Source: a virus
Length of the DNA stretch: 64,000 nucleotides
IMG/VR virus record: IMGVR_UViG_3300030497_000009
Reading direction: 5' to 3' (one strand)
The notes under the pieces were generated by a model. It searched no databases. It was not told the DNA's origin and worked only from the letters and a program-made list of their open reading frames with translations. The translations under genes were made by a program, and so were the position numbers. Below, one piece after another: positions 34,687 to 42,826 of this stretch. Every line of letters starts with the position of its first letter. Position 1 is the first letter of the stretch.

Positions 34687-36171
34687 ATGGCTCTAAGACC
34701 TAGAGAAGGATATATGGACTTTGATCCAGCAACTAAACAAGCGCTTGCTGGTGAAAAAGCCTTGCTTGTTCAGACAGACACCGAAAACACCAATAAGATA
34801 TCGACACTTCAACGAAAGCTAAAAAATAAAGAAGTTGATGTTGTTGAGGATTATGGCGTGGTATTGGGTACGCTAGGAAACACAGCTGCCAAAATTCAAC
34901 AAGCCATAGATGAATGCGCACCATTGGGCATCTGGGTGCTGTTACCAAAGGGTGATTATCACCTTGAAAAATCAATTATCGCAAAAGCCGGTCTTAAGAT
35001 GTTGGTTCACAAAGATGCTAACCTCCTACGTTATCATAATGATTGTATGGTGCTCAACGGGTTATCAACCGACCTAGTTGGCCAGAGCAACATCTGGATT
35101 GAAGGTGGAAACTGGAATTGTCGTGGTAACTTAATTAATGATGATGGTTCAGCCTTTGCGATGGGTTACGCTAGCAATATCACATTAAAAAACCTAAAGA
35201 TTTACAATGTAAACTTCTCGCATGGAATGGAAATCTGCGCGATAGACGGTGCTGACATCGAGTTCTGTGAAGGATACGGCTTTATTGATGCAGGAGGCAC
35301 ACGCACAACGGCTGAGTTTATTCAAATTGAACGAGGCACAAAGACTGGATTCCCATACTTTGGTTCTGGAGATAACTCTCAGTCCAAGAACATACGAGTT
35401 AAACGTTGTAAAGTTGGAGCATCTGACGTAGCCCCGTCCTTCAATGTAGGGCTGGGATCTCATGACACCCCAACGGTTACGGCTCTGGTTGGATTGCACG
35501 TTGCTGACTGCGACTTCACAAGCGCGGTTGAAGTAGGCATGACAATTAAAGGTTACACAAACGTTGTTATTGAACGTGTAAAGGCTAAAGCCAAGAAAGG
35601 CATGGAGATTTACCATGATAACGCAACTGTTACAAATGTAGTCGTTCGTGACTGCGATATCACTGGAACAGCTGGTTATGGCATTGGAATGGATGGTGTT
35701 CAGAAGGTTGTTATTGAAGCAACTAAGGTAGACGGTAGCACAAATGGTATCTATGGAACACGAGTTAAAGATGCTGATATTTGTTCAAAAACAGATATCT
35801 CAGGGCAAACAAGTGATGCAGTAGCAATCATCACGACATCGTTCAACATAAACGTTAACCGAGTTATTATCAGAAAAGCTGGAAGACACGGATTTAACTT
35901 TTATGATAATTCACAACACTATCGAGTGCGCGACTGTGAAATTTTAGATGTAGCAACAAACGTATTCAACCTAGCTGGGGCAACTACGAAGCTTATTTTT
36001 ATTACTGGAAACTTAATCACGGACACAACCCTTACAAACGTTGTTAATGCTACAGCTGGAGTGGATAAACTTTTCTTTAAAGACAACGTCTATTCTAGTA
36101 CAATTGCCACTCCGATTAGCTCAGCTGCAACCAATAGCAACGTACTAGCTTCTGACAACCAAACATTCTAA
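34687..36171 (+). CDS. Right-handed beta-helix tailspike/depolymerase candidate
   Basis: VDVVEDYG...AAKIQQAID...LLPKGDY...NIWIEGGNW; HGMEI, EFIQI, GLGSH; many parallel-beta repeats. Confidence 0.82.
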   Translation: MALRPREGYMDFDPATKQALAGEKALLVQTDTENTNKISTLQRKLKNKEVDVVEDYGVVLGTLGNTAAKIQQAIDECAPLGIWVLLPKGDYHLEKSIIAKAGLKMLVHKDANLLRYHNDCMVLNGLSTDLVGQSNIWIEGGNWNCRGNLINDDGSAFAMGYASNITLKNLKIYNVNFSHGMEICAIDGADIEFCEGYGFIDAGGTRTTAEFIQIERGTKTGFPYFGSGDNSQSKNIRVKRCKVGASDVAPSFNVGLGSHDTPTVTALVGLHVADCDFTSAVEVGMTIKGYTNVVIERVKAKAKKGMEIYHDNATVTNVVVRDCDITGTAGYGIGMDGVQKVVIEATKVDGSTNGIYGTRVKDADICSKTDISGQTSDAVAIITTSFNINVNRVIIRKAGRHGFNFYDNSQHYRVRDCEILDVATNVFNLAGATTKLIFITGNLITDTTLTNVVNATAGVDKLFFKDNVYSSTIATPISSAATNSNVLASDNQTF

Positions 36172-36183
36172 GGAGTGATACCA

Positions 36184-37749
36184 ATGACTTTACGCTTAAA
36201 CCCAGATGATTTCTCATTTGACGTTGCGAGTCAACAAGAGTTAAATGAGAATAGCAAAAACGTTGGTGAAGACATCAACATGTTTTGGACTCCTCCAACG
36301 CAACCTGCCATGCCTTGGGGTTCAAATGGTGTTCCAGCTGACAGAAACCCTGAAGGGTTCATTAACGGTCTATACGAGCCGTTGAGAACAGCCAACCCAG
36401 ATTACATTACACGTTCAGTCATCGGTAAAGACCAAAGTGGAACGCATAATATCTATGAATATGTGTTAGCTCCGAAGAACTACACAAAGACAGTTATTGT
36501 CTCAGCCGGCACGCATGGTAACGAGTATACTGCTTCATTCGCGTTAGCTCGTATCATTAACCATTTAGTTAATGACTGGGAAGACAGCCCTGTGTTAACA
36601 GCTGTTAGACGTAGCGTGCGCCTGATTGTACTACCAATTAATAACCCGTGGTCTTTCGCCAACAACAAACGCCAGAACGTAAACGGTGTAGATATCAACC
36701 GTAACATGGATTATTTATGGTCTTATATCACAGGATCGTCTTATCAAGCTGGTGCGACGTATTATAAAGGTACAGCACCGTTTTCAGAGAAGGAGTCACA
36801 ATACTTGCGAGATACCTTTGTGAAGTACAGTGACGCGCTGTCGTACATCGACTTTCACACAATCAATACTATCAAGGCAGACCACATTGTGTTCACTCCA
36901 CGTTATCGTTCACAGTACCGCAGTATTTTCAACGATACAATTAGTCAGCTTTTTAAAACTGGTAATCGTATTGTTAACGGAACGACAGCCATGCCTACAG
37001 TTGCGTGTCACGCTGCTGTAACGCACAACATGACTACAGCAAACCCTGAGTGGTACAACGGAAACTATGAAGCTGACACGCGTGGTAGCATAGAAATGAC
37101 GGAAGCCGTTAAGTGGTTTGGTAATGTTGTAATGAAAGCTTGTGCGTTACAATATAAAACGACTCAAATCGACGAATCAGCTCCGTTTGCTAGACTTCTT
37201 ACTTATGATAAAGCAACGACACCTACGCCTATTACAGTGACTTCTGCTGTGTACGCAAACGTTGATCATGGTGTCCATGACATGACAATCAACCGTCATG
37301 GTATCTTAGAGGTGAGTGGGCGTGTAAAGATTACTGTTTCAGCAACCGCAACTGTTGGTTTAAATCCAGTAGTTTACCAAGTTAACCATCCAGAGTTAGG
37401 ATGGACTGATGTTAAAGACAAAACTTGGAATGAAGTCGTTCAGTCTTATGCTGCTGGAACATACTATGTACCGATTAACGCACTGTTCCATGTATTTCCA
37501 GCTAACTACAACGAAGCTGGTACAAGTCGACCTGAGCAAGTTAAGCTTCGCTTACGAATGAAAACATCGACTGGCACAATCACGATAGAGGGTTGGAGAA
37601 TCTATATTAAATACATTCCAACCGAACTGGGTGAAGCAGTAAAAGTTATCGATTATACGGGATTGGAAGCACAGCCTGAGGGCACCGATTACAAACAGGT
37701 GTTCCCTGACCCAACGAAGTTTCTTACTGATAGTTCAACCGACGAGTAA
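36184..37749 (+). CDS. M14 zinc carboxypeptidase-domain protein with C-terminal beta-rich domain
   Basis: GTHGNE (HxxE), NNPW, NGVDINRN, PFSEKES, YIDFH. Confidence 0.85.
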   Translation: MTLRLNPDDFSFDVASQQELNENSKNVGEDINMFWTPPTQPAMPWGSNGVPADRNPEGFINGLYEPLRTANPDYITRSVIGKDQSGTHNIYEYVLAPKNYTKTVIVSAGTHGNEYTASFALARIINHLVNDWEDSPVLTAVRRSVRLIVLPINNPWSFANNKRQNVNGVDINRNMDYLWSYITGSSYQAGATYYKGTAPFSEKESQYLRDTFVKYSDALSYIDFHTINTIKADHIVFTPRYRSQYRSIFNDTISQLFKTGNRIVNGTTAMPTVACHAAVTHNMTTANPEWYNGNYEADTRGSIEMTEAVKWFGNVVMKACALQYKTTQIDESAPFARLLTYDKATTPTPITVTSAVYANVDHGVHDMTINRHGILEVSGRVKITVSATATVGLNPVVYQVNHPELGWTDVKDKTWNEVVQSYAAGTYYVPINALFHVFPANYNEAGTSRPEQVKLRLRMKTSTGTITIEGWRIYIKYIPTELGEAVKVIDYTGLEAQPEGTDYKQVFPDPTKFLTDSSTDE

Positions 37750-37753
37750 GCAT

Positions 37754-37778
37754 GGCACCCCACGGGGTGCTTTTTATT
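37754..37778 (+). terminator. Intrinsic terminator
   Basis: GGCACCCC-AC-GGGGTGCT plus T-tract. Confidence 0.75.
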
Positions 37779-37829
37779 TTGACAAATCTGAACATTTATG
37801 TTGAACTGTGTTACATAATCAGTTATATT
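37779..37829 (+). promoter_or_regulatory. SigmaA-type early promoter (copy H)
   Basis: TTGACA(37779), TTGAAC(37801)-N17-TATATT. Confidence 0.65.
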
Positions 37830-37873
37830 TGAATTGTGAGATGAATATAGTATATCGAAAGGGGAGAGAAATT

Positions 37874-38383
37874 ATGAAAAAGCTTTTGGTTGCTGGGGGT
37901 ATTATCGGTATGTTGACAGCTTCGGTTATCGGCTGTGGTAAGGAGGAGGTTCCTGATACGTCGCAAACGGTTATGACAGGGGAAGAGTCACCTGAGGAGT
38001 TATTTAATGACTATCACGAGCCTGCTATCAGAATGTTTTTCGACGTATTTGAAGAATACGACCAGTTATTTGGGGATGCTGCCAACAACCCTGCGCTGTT
38101 GCAGGACGAGAGCTGGTATGCGTCGGTAGGTAGAAAAACTGGAGAGCTAGAATCAGTTGTAGAGCACCTAGAAGAGTATGACGGTCCTGTTCCTGATGAG
38201 TACCAAGATGCGTATGCTGAGCTTCAGGAAGGTACAAAGTACCTACGAGAAATGGTTGACAAAACGTCTTGGGCTGTAGCTCCACTAGCAGAAGGCAAGA
38301 GCGTTCGTTACGACCAACTAGTTGAAATTAGTGATAACTGCTATAACTATATGTTGACTGCAAAAGAAAAGTTGGATTATTAA
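37874..38383 (+). CDS. Lipoprotein with helical domain
   Basis: Signal MKKLLVAGGIIGMLTASVIGC; start reassigned to ATG 37874. Confidence 0.8.
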   Translation: MKKLLVAGGIIGMLTASVIGCGKEEVPDTSQTVMTGEESPEELFNDYHEPAIRMFFDVFEEYDQLFGDAANNPALLQDESWYASVGRKTGELESVVEHLEEYDGPVPDEYQDAYAELQEGTKYLREMVDKTSWAVAPLAEGKSVRYDQLVEISDNCYNYMLTAKEKLDY

Positions 38384-38399
38384 GAAGGTTGTACAGTCG

Positions 38400-38433
38400 G
38401 GAGTAGTTTCTGACGCTCTCGCTTTCTATTAAT
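38400..38433 (+). promoter_or_regulatory. Phage-sigma (middle-like) promoter
   Basis: GGAGTA-N18-TTCTATTAA. Confidence 0.55.
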
Positions 38434-38462
38434 AGAAAGTTAAATCTGAGGAGGAAATTTAT

Positions 38463-39314
38463 ATGGATTATGTAGTAGCTATGTTGGGTATGACTGGAAT
38501 GACAGCGATGGTTGTGTTTGCGGTGATGTGTTTGGTAACAGCGATTCAGAAAAAGAAAACTTGGAAGCGCTGGGCAAAGTGGTTTGGTATTAGCACGGGT
38601 GTTGTAATCGTAATGATGTTAATTCCGACTGGTGACAAAGAAGTTGCTAGCAACGATATCGATACAGAAAAGATTGCTAAAGTAGAAGATAAGAAAGAAA
38701 AGATTGAAACGGCTAAAGAAGAGAAGCCAAAAGTTGATAAAGAAGCTGAAGCGAAAAAGGCTGAAGAAGCTAAATTGAAAGCCGAGCAAGAGAAAGCTGA
38801 CCAAGTTAAGAAAGAAGCAGAAGAAAAAGCACTAGCCGAGAAGAAAGCCAAGGAAGATGCTGAAAAGAAGAAAGAGCAAGAGCAAGCGAAGAAGCTTAAA
38901 GAGTTAGCAGAAGCAAAGCAAGCCTATGTTGATTATTACACTCCGTTACTTTCTGATTTTGCTCAAGTTATGTACGATTTCTCTATTCACTTTACGGACG
39001 CTGGTGAAAACCCTTCAGTAATGTACACCGATGACTTCTATAAGGATACGGGCGTACTATTAGGGCGTACACAGCCGTTAATTGACAAGATGAAGAACTA
39101 TCCTGGTGAAATACCGGCTGAGCTTCAACCAAGTCACGATAAATTGATGGCTTCTATGGATGAATACCAAAAGATGGTGGACACTCTGCCTACAGCGATT
39201 GTTTCGCTAGTTGATAAACAGGATATGACTGGTATTAATAGCGTGATGCAGTACATGGGTGACGGTCAGAAGTATATGGAAGAGGGATCGGCTCTTTTGA
39301 AAGAGCTAAACTAA
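38463..39314 (+). CDS. Membrane protein: two TM helices, K/E/A-rich stalk, helical domain paralogous to 37874-38383
   Basis: Shared pattern DAxxNPxxxxDxxxY...G...Y.G..P.ExQ..xxxL. Confidence 0.75.
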   Translation: MDYVVAMLGMTGMTAMVVFAVMCLVTAIQKKKTWKRWAKWFGISTGVVIVMMLIPTGDKEVASNDIDTEKIAKVEDKKEKIETAKEEKPKVDKEAEAKKAEEAKLKAEQEKADQVKKEAEEKALAEKKAKEDAEKKKEQEQAKKLKELAEAKQAYVDYYTPLLSDFAQVMYDFSIHFTDAGENPSVMYTDDFYKDTGVLLGRTQPLIDKMKNYPGEIPAELQPSHDKLMASMDEYQKMVDTLPTAIVSLVDKQDMTGINSVMQYMGDGQKYMEEGSALLKELN

Positions 39315-39326
39315 ATACTTGTATGG

Positions 39327-39357
39327 AAACAGAGCCTTTGTAACGGCTCTGTTTTTA
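39327..39357 (+). terminator. Intrinsic terminator
   Basis: AAACAGAGCC...GGCTCTGTTT plus T-tract. Confidence 0.75.
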
Positions 39358-39462
39358 TTTTCGGAAAATTTGTAAATATTTTGTAATTTGTGTAATCCGT
39401 ACAAACCGGAACGACGTATAGTATAACGTAAGATAAAAACTTAAGAAAATGGAGTGATTAAC

Positions 39463-39807
39463 ATGATGAAAAGAACAGCGTTTGGACAAGTAGAAGGTAA
39501 AAGCTATAAGAAGTTTACTGGAGAAACTATCAAAGTGCTTGCTGGAACTCTTACTGGTTGTGAATCGTTTTGGGTTACAGGAGTAGACTTTGTTGCCTAC
39601 GTTGAAACTCGTGAAGGCTCTCCGTTTATGGAAGTTTTTAGACCAACTAAAGGTTTACGTAAGGCAGTTAAAAAAGAGGGTGGCGCGGTGAAAACGTCGA
39701 TGACTACAGCCGAGCTAATGAAGATTTTAGACAGAATCCTAATTCTAAACCCAGTTGTCAACCTTACGTTAGCTACAGTTGGTGGTAAGGAGGTTATCGC
39801 TAAGTGA
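39463..39807 (+). CDS. Hypothetical protein
   Basis: GGAG RBS. Confidence 0.65.
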   Translation: MMKRTAFGQVEGKSYKKFTGETIKVLAGTLTGCESFWVTGVDFVAYVETREGSPFMEVFRPTKGLRKAVKKEGGAVKTSMTTAELMKILDRILILNPVVNLTLATVGGKEVIAK

Positions 39808-39992
39808 GTAAAGTAGCGTTTTTAATAGATGAACTTGAATTTTACAACAGAGTTTCGAAGTTTCTTGAAAATATACAGATTGACAATGGTGCTGAGTCAG
39901 TGGAGGATGCTTATGCGTTTGCTCTTGAAGAGTCTGAAAAGCTAAAAACAACCCTTCGTGAAGAGGGTGTCGAGATAAGTGAAAGCAAATAA
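39804..39992 (+). CDS. Hypothetical protein
   Basis: GTGA coupling, AAGGAGG RBS. Confidence 0.65.
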   Translation: MSKVAFLIDELEFYNRVSKFLENIQIDNGAESVEDAYAFALEESEKLKTTLREEGVEISESK

Positions 39993-40014
39993 TCTAGAAA
40001 CTTGTTGAACACCA

Positions 40015-40048
40015 AGGGTAAATTCTTGGTGTTTCTTCTTTTATTAGG
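40015..40048 (+). promoter_or_regulatory. Phage-sigma (middle-like) promoter overlapping an inverted repeat
   Basis: AGGGTA-N18-TTTTATTAG inside AACACCAAG...CTTGGTGTT. Confidence 0.7.
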
Positions 40049-40087
40049 TGTAAGTTACTTAAGCTACCTAATAGGAGGAAAAGAAAA

Positions 40088-40750
40088 ATGAATACTTTAG
40101 TCCAAAATAACAAAATGTCTTTAACGAAAATCGTGATGAAACACCAAAAGCGTTTACACGGTGTAGAACTTGGTTCAGCTTTATTCGACGCTGTGAAGAA
40201 CGATCCTACGCTACGACGTTACGCGGATGAGTACAACATCAAATTCGTGCGTGACATGACTCTTGATAATGAGTTTTATACGATGGTGTTTGAAGACCAA
40301 CCGGCTCGCGTATCAGACTTTAACTATGAAATTAAACACGGTGGTGCTGAAGTAGCCTTTAAACCAAAGGCAGATGAGTTCAAAAAGCTAGCTACCAAAG
40401 CTGTTAGAATCGTTGAAACGCCATCCACGAAGCCACGCCAAGAGCTTCGAAAGTATATTGGATTACGTGGTACTGTACTGCTAGACTTAGCGAACCAAAA
40501 CCAATACGTTGTAGAGTTCCCAGAGTATGGTGTAGTTGCTATCCCAGCGGTTAACGTTAAAGAAGTAGAAATGGACTTAGTAACAAGTATCTCGCTTAAA
40601 GAAGCTTATAGCAACGGTGGAGAATACAATTCTATCATGCTAGCTACCGATGCGAAGCCACACGAAATTGAAGAGTATCTAAGACAACAAAATGGTAAGA
40701 TTGACGCTATCGTTGTAACGAAAAAATACTTTCTAGCAGAGCTAGACTGA
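40088..40750 (+). CDS. Hypothetical protein
   Basis: AGGAGG RBS; phage-typical codon usage. Confidence 0.75.
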   Translation: MNTLVQNNKMSLTKIVMKHQKRLHGVELGSALFDAVKNDPTLRRYADEYNIKFVRDMTLDNEFYTMVFEDQPARVSDFNYEIKHGGAEVAFKPKADEFKKLATKAVRIVETPSTKPRQELRKYIGLRGTVLLDLANQNQYVVEFPEYGVVAIPAVNVKEVEMDLVTSISLKEAYSNGGEYNSIMLATDAKPHEIEEYLRQQNGKIDAIVVTKKYFLAELD

Positions 40751-40763
40751 GGAGGAAAATACG

Positions 40764-41297
40764 ATGTCAGTAAAAATTCCAGTAAGTGCAAAGAAAGACT
40801 TTATCCGATTGATGTTAAAAGAGGGAAATTTCAAGCGCGAAGTGAACTGGATTTTTAATTACATCTTAAGCCATGACAAACTAATCGAAAACGCAATATT
40901 TATTAATGAATCAATCCAAGAAACAGACCGAGGAATATATGCTGCTGACTTAAGAGTTGAAACTGAGAGCTTCCGTTATTACAAAGGTAGCGTAAGCACT
41001 ACCGATGCTGAGAAAGCGTTCCATGATATTCGTTTAAATCGAGAAGATAAACTGTATGTACAGGTTAAGCTTACGAGCATTATGCAAGCGAAGTTTTATG
41101 AGGTATTAGAAGATAATCCCCACCATAAAGTTTCGACGCGTGATAAGCGTAAGATGGAGCTTACAGTAAACGATTTAGAGAGACAAAACCAAAAACGACT
41201 TATCGACCACTATGTGAATAAAGCGCTTGACGAACGAAATGAAGAAGCGTTCATGGAATGGACTGCTAAATATGCTGACCTACCAAAAGCTGAGTGA
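40764..41297 (+). CDS. ypiB: YpiB/ReoY-like protein with C-terminal IDEAL motif
   Basis: KKDFIR...KRE..WIFNYILSHD.L...RG...FRYYKG.V.TTDAEKAFHDIRLN...LEDNP...VNKALDERNEEAF. Confidence 0.88.
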   Translation: MSVKIPVSAKKDFIRLMLKEGNFKREVNWIFNYILSHDKLIENAIFINESIQETDRGIYAADLRVETESFRYYKGSVSTTDAEKAFHDIRLNREDKLYVQVKLTSIMQAKFYEVLEDNPHHKVSTRDKRKMELTVNDLERQNQKRLIDHYVNKALDERNEEAFMEWTAKYADLPKAE

Positions 41298-41312
41298 AAA
41301 CTCAGCTTTTTT
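41285..41312 (+). terminator. Intrinsic terminator
   Basis: AAAAGCTGAG-TGAAAA-CTCAGCTTTT. Confidence 0.75.
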
Positions 41313-41370
41313 AGCACAAATAAATCATCTGGTGGTGAATTACTATATTTTAGGTATAATTACTTAGGAG

Positions 41371-41610
41371 ATGTTGCCGTTGACAAAACGATATCAAGGG
41401 AGAGCAAAACTAGTCAAGCCAGGACGCTCAGCCGATTACCACCTGTGCGCACACTGTGGAACTCCATTAACTCACATTAGCCCGACGGATGGAGAGCTTT
41501 GGAGAACGAAAATGGTGAAGCTAGCTAAAATAAACGAATTAGAATTTTACTTTTGCGAGCACAGTCAACCGTGTCAGCAGAGAAGGAGGAAAAGACGAAA
41601 TGAATTATAA
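41371..41610 (+). CDS. Zinc-binding hypothetical protein
   Basis: CAHC...CEHSQPC. Confidence 0.6.
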   Translation: MLPLTKRYQGRAKLVKPGRSADYHLCAHCGTPLTHISPTDGELWRTKMVKLAKINELEFYFCEHSQPCQQRRRKRRNEL

Positions 41611-41761
41611 CTGTTGCATCTGTGGGAGAATTATACCTAAACACTCAACCGATTATCTCTGTGACCGATGCGAGGATAAGTATAGCGTATACGAAGATGA
41701 TGAACCAACTGTAAAGCCAATTAAGAAACGATCCGGAAAACGTTATAAGGGGGATGAATGA
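41600..41761 (+). CDS. 53-aa zinc-finger protein
   Basis: CCICG...LCDRC; AGGAGG RBS. Confidence 0.6.
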   Translation: MNYNCCICGRIIPKHSTDYLCDRCEDKYSVYEDDEPTVKPIKKRSGKRYKGDE

Positions 41762-42122
41762 AATGTATCCAAACGGCTACGTGAGTGGTAGTATTAAACG
41801 CCTACGTAAGCGACTTCAAGAAAACCCTGATAAAGCGAAAGCCTTTAAAGAGGAAGTGAAGAACACAGTTGCTTTTGGTCTTGAAGACTTTGATAAGCGT
41901 TTACGACGTGGTGAAGTTAAAATTGATAACGTCAGCGATTACGAAAAAATGGTTAAGCTTGGCTTGCTACTATATGGGGAAGCTACTGAGAAAATTGAGC
42001 ATACGACTGATATTGAGGAAGTCTCTACGGAGCAATACGAAGCAGTCAAAGACACACCAGAATTTGAAGAAGTAATGCGCAAGTTAGCTCTAAGCATGAA
42101 CGCACAAAATGAAGAGGGTTAA
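41754..42122 (+). CDS. Putative terminase small subunit
   Basis: Helical protein upstream of terL; RRGEVKIDNVSDYEKMVKL pattern recalled from the gene in this position in SPO1/Twort-like phages. Confidence 0.45.
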   Translation: MNEMYPNGYVSGSIKRLRKRLQENPDKAKAFKEEVKNTVAFGLEDFDKRLRRGEVKIDNVSDYEKMVKLGLLLYGEATEKIEHTTDIEEVSTEQYEAVKDTPEFEEVMRKLALSMNAQNEEG

Positions 42123-42138
42123 CTGACGAGATTTTAAT

Positions 42139-42450
42139 ATGGAGGTGATTCTCATGGGAATGGATTATAATCCACAGAATGGTGATGTTAAAACATCAGG
42201 TCCGACGCTTTACCCGTATGAATACGAAAATCATAAAGTAACAATTACAGCGGTGAACTACAAAACTGAGGATAACTTAACTCCTCAAGGTGCTGGTGCA
42301 CGTGTATTCTGCTTTATCGATTTATCAAACGGTGTTCGCGTAACTGGACTTCACGAGCAATACGATAAGAAGGATTTAGAAGCGTTTAAGCAACTAGCTT
42401 ACAAGCAAGCGATTGAACGCGCTGAATCTTTCGGATATCAGCTTTACTAA
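42139..42450 (+). CDS. Hypothetical protein
   Basis: ORF; GGAGG RBS suggests the start may be 42154. Confidence 0.65.
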   Translation: MEVILMGMDYNPQNGDVKTSGPTLYPYEYENHKVTITAVNYKTEDNLTPQGAGARVFCFIDLSNGVRVTGLHEQYDKKDLEAFKQLAYKQAIERAESFGYQLY

Positions 42451-42474
42451 GCCACGTGTTTCACGTGGTTTTTT
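42449..42474 (+). terminator. Intrinsic terminator
   Basis: AGCCACGTG-TTT-CACGTGGTT plus T-tract. Confidence 0.7.
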
Positions 42475-42538
42475 GCTGCACAATTTTATTTGGTACATAA
42501 AACGATATTGTTAATAAACCGACTATAGGAGTGTTCCC

Positions 42539-42826
42539 ATGAAAAGATACTTCAAGATTACGTGTAAAGCTTGTAACGTGGACATGTGGGAAGTTACGGG
42601 CGCAGTCAAACATAAAATTGGTACAGAAAATATTCTTATCTCAAACGCACCATTCTTCTTTTGTGAGACTTGTGGTGATGTAGCATATAGAAAAGGGTTG
42701 GGCATTACTGACATACTCGTTAAGGCGTACAGAGACGGTTACAACACAGTTATCTTCGAGGAAGAAGACTTAGCCTATCTTAACAACCCAAAGAGTGGTA
42801 GAAGCGAAACTGAAGGGGATGAATGA
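42539..42826 (+). CDS. YgiT-type zinc-finger protein
   Basis: CKAC...I.N.P...CETCG. Confidence 0.7.
   Translation: MKRYFKITCKACNVDMWEVTGAVKHKIGTENILISNAPFFFCETCGDVAYRKGLGITDILVKAYRDGYNTVIFEEEDLAYLNNPKSGRSETEGDE

Noticed and set aside
38619-38900. K/E/A-rich repeats as a tandem DNA repeat
   Set aside because: Low-complexity protein stalk without a nucleotide-level repeat unit.
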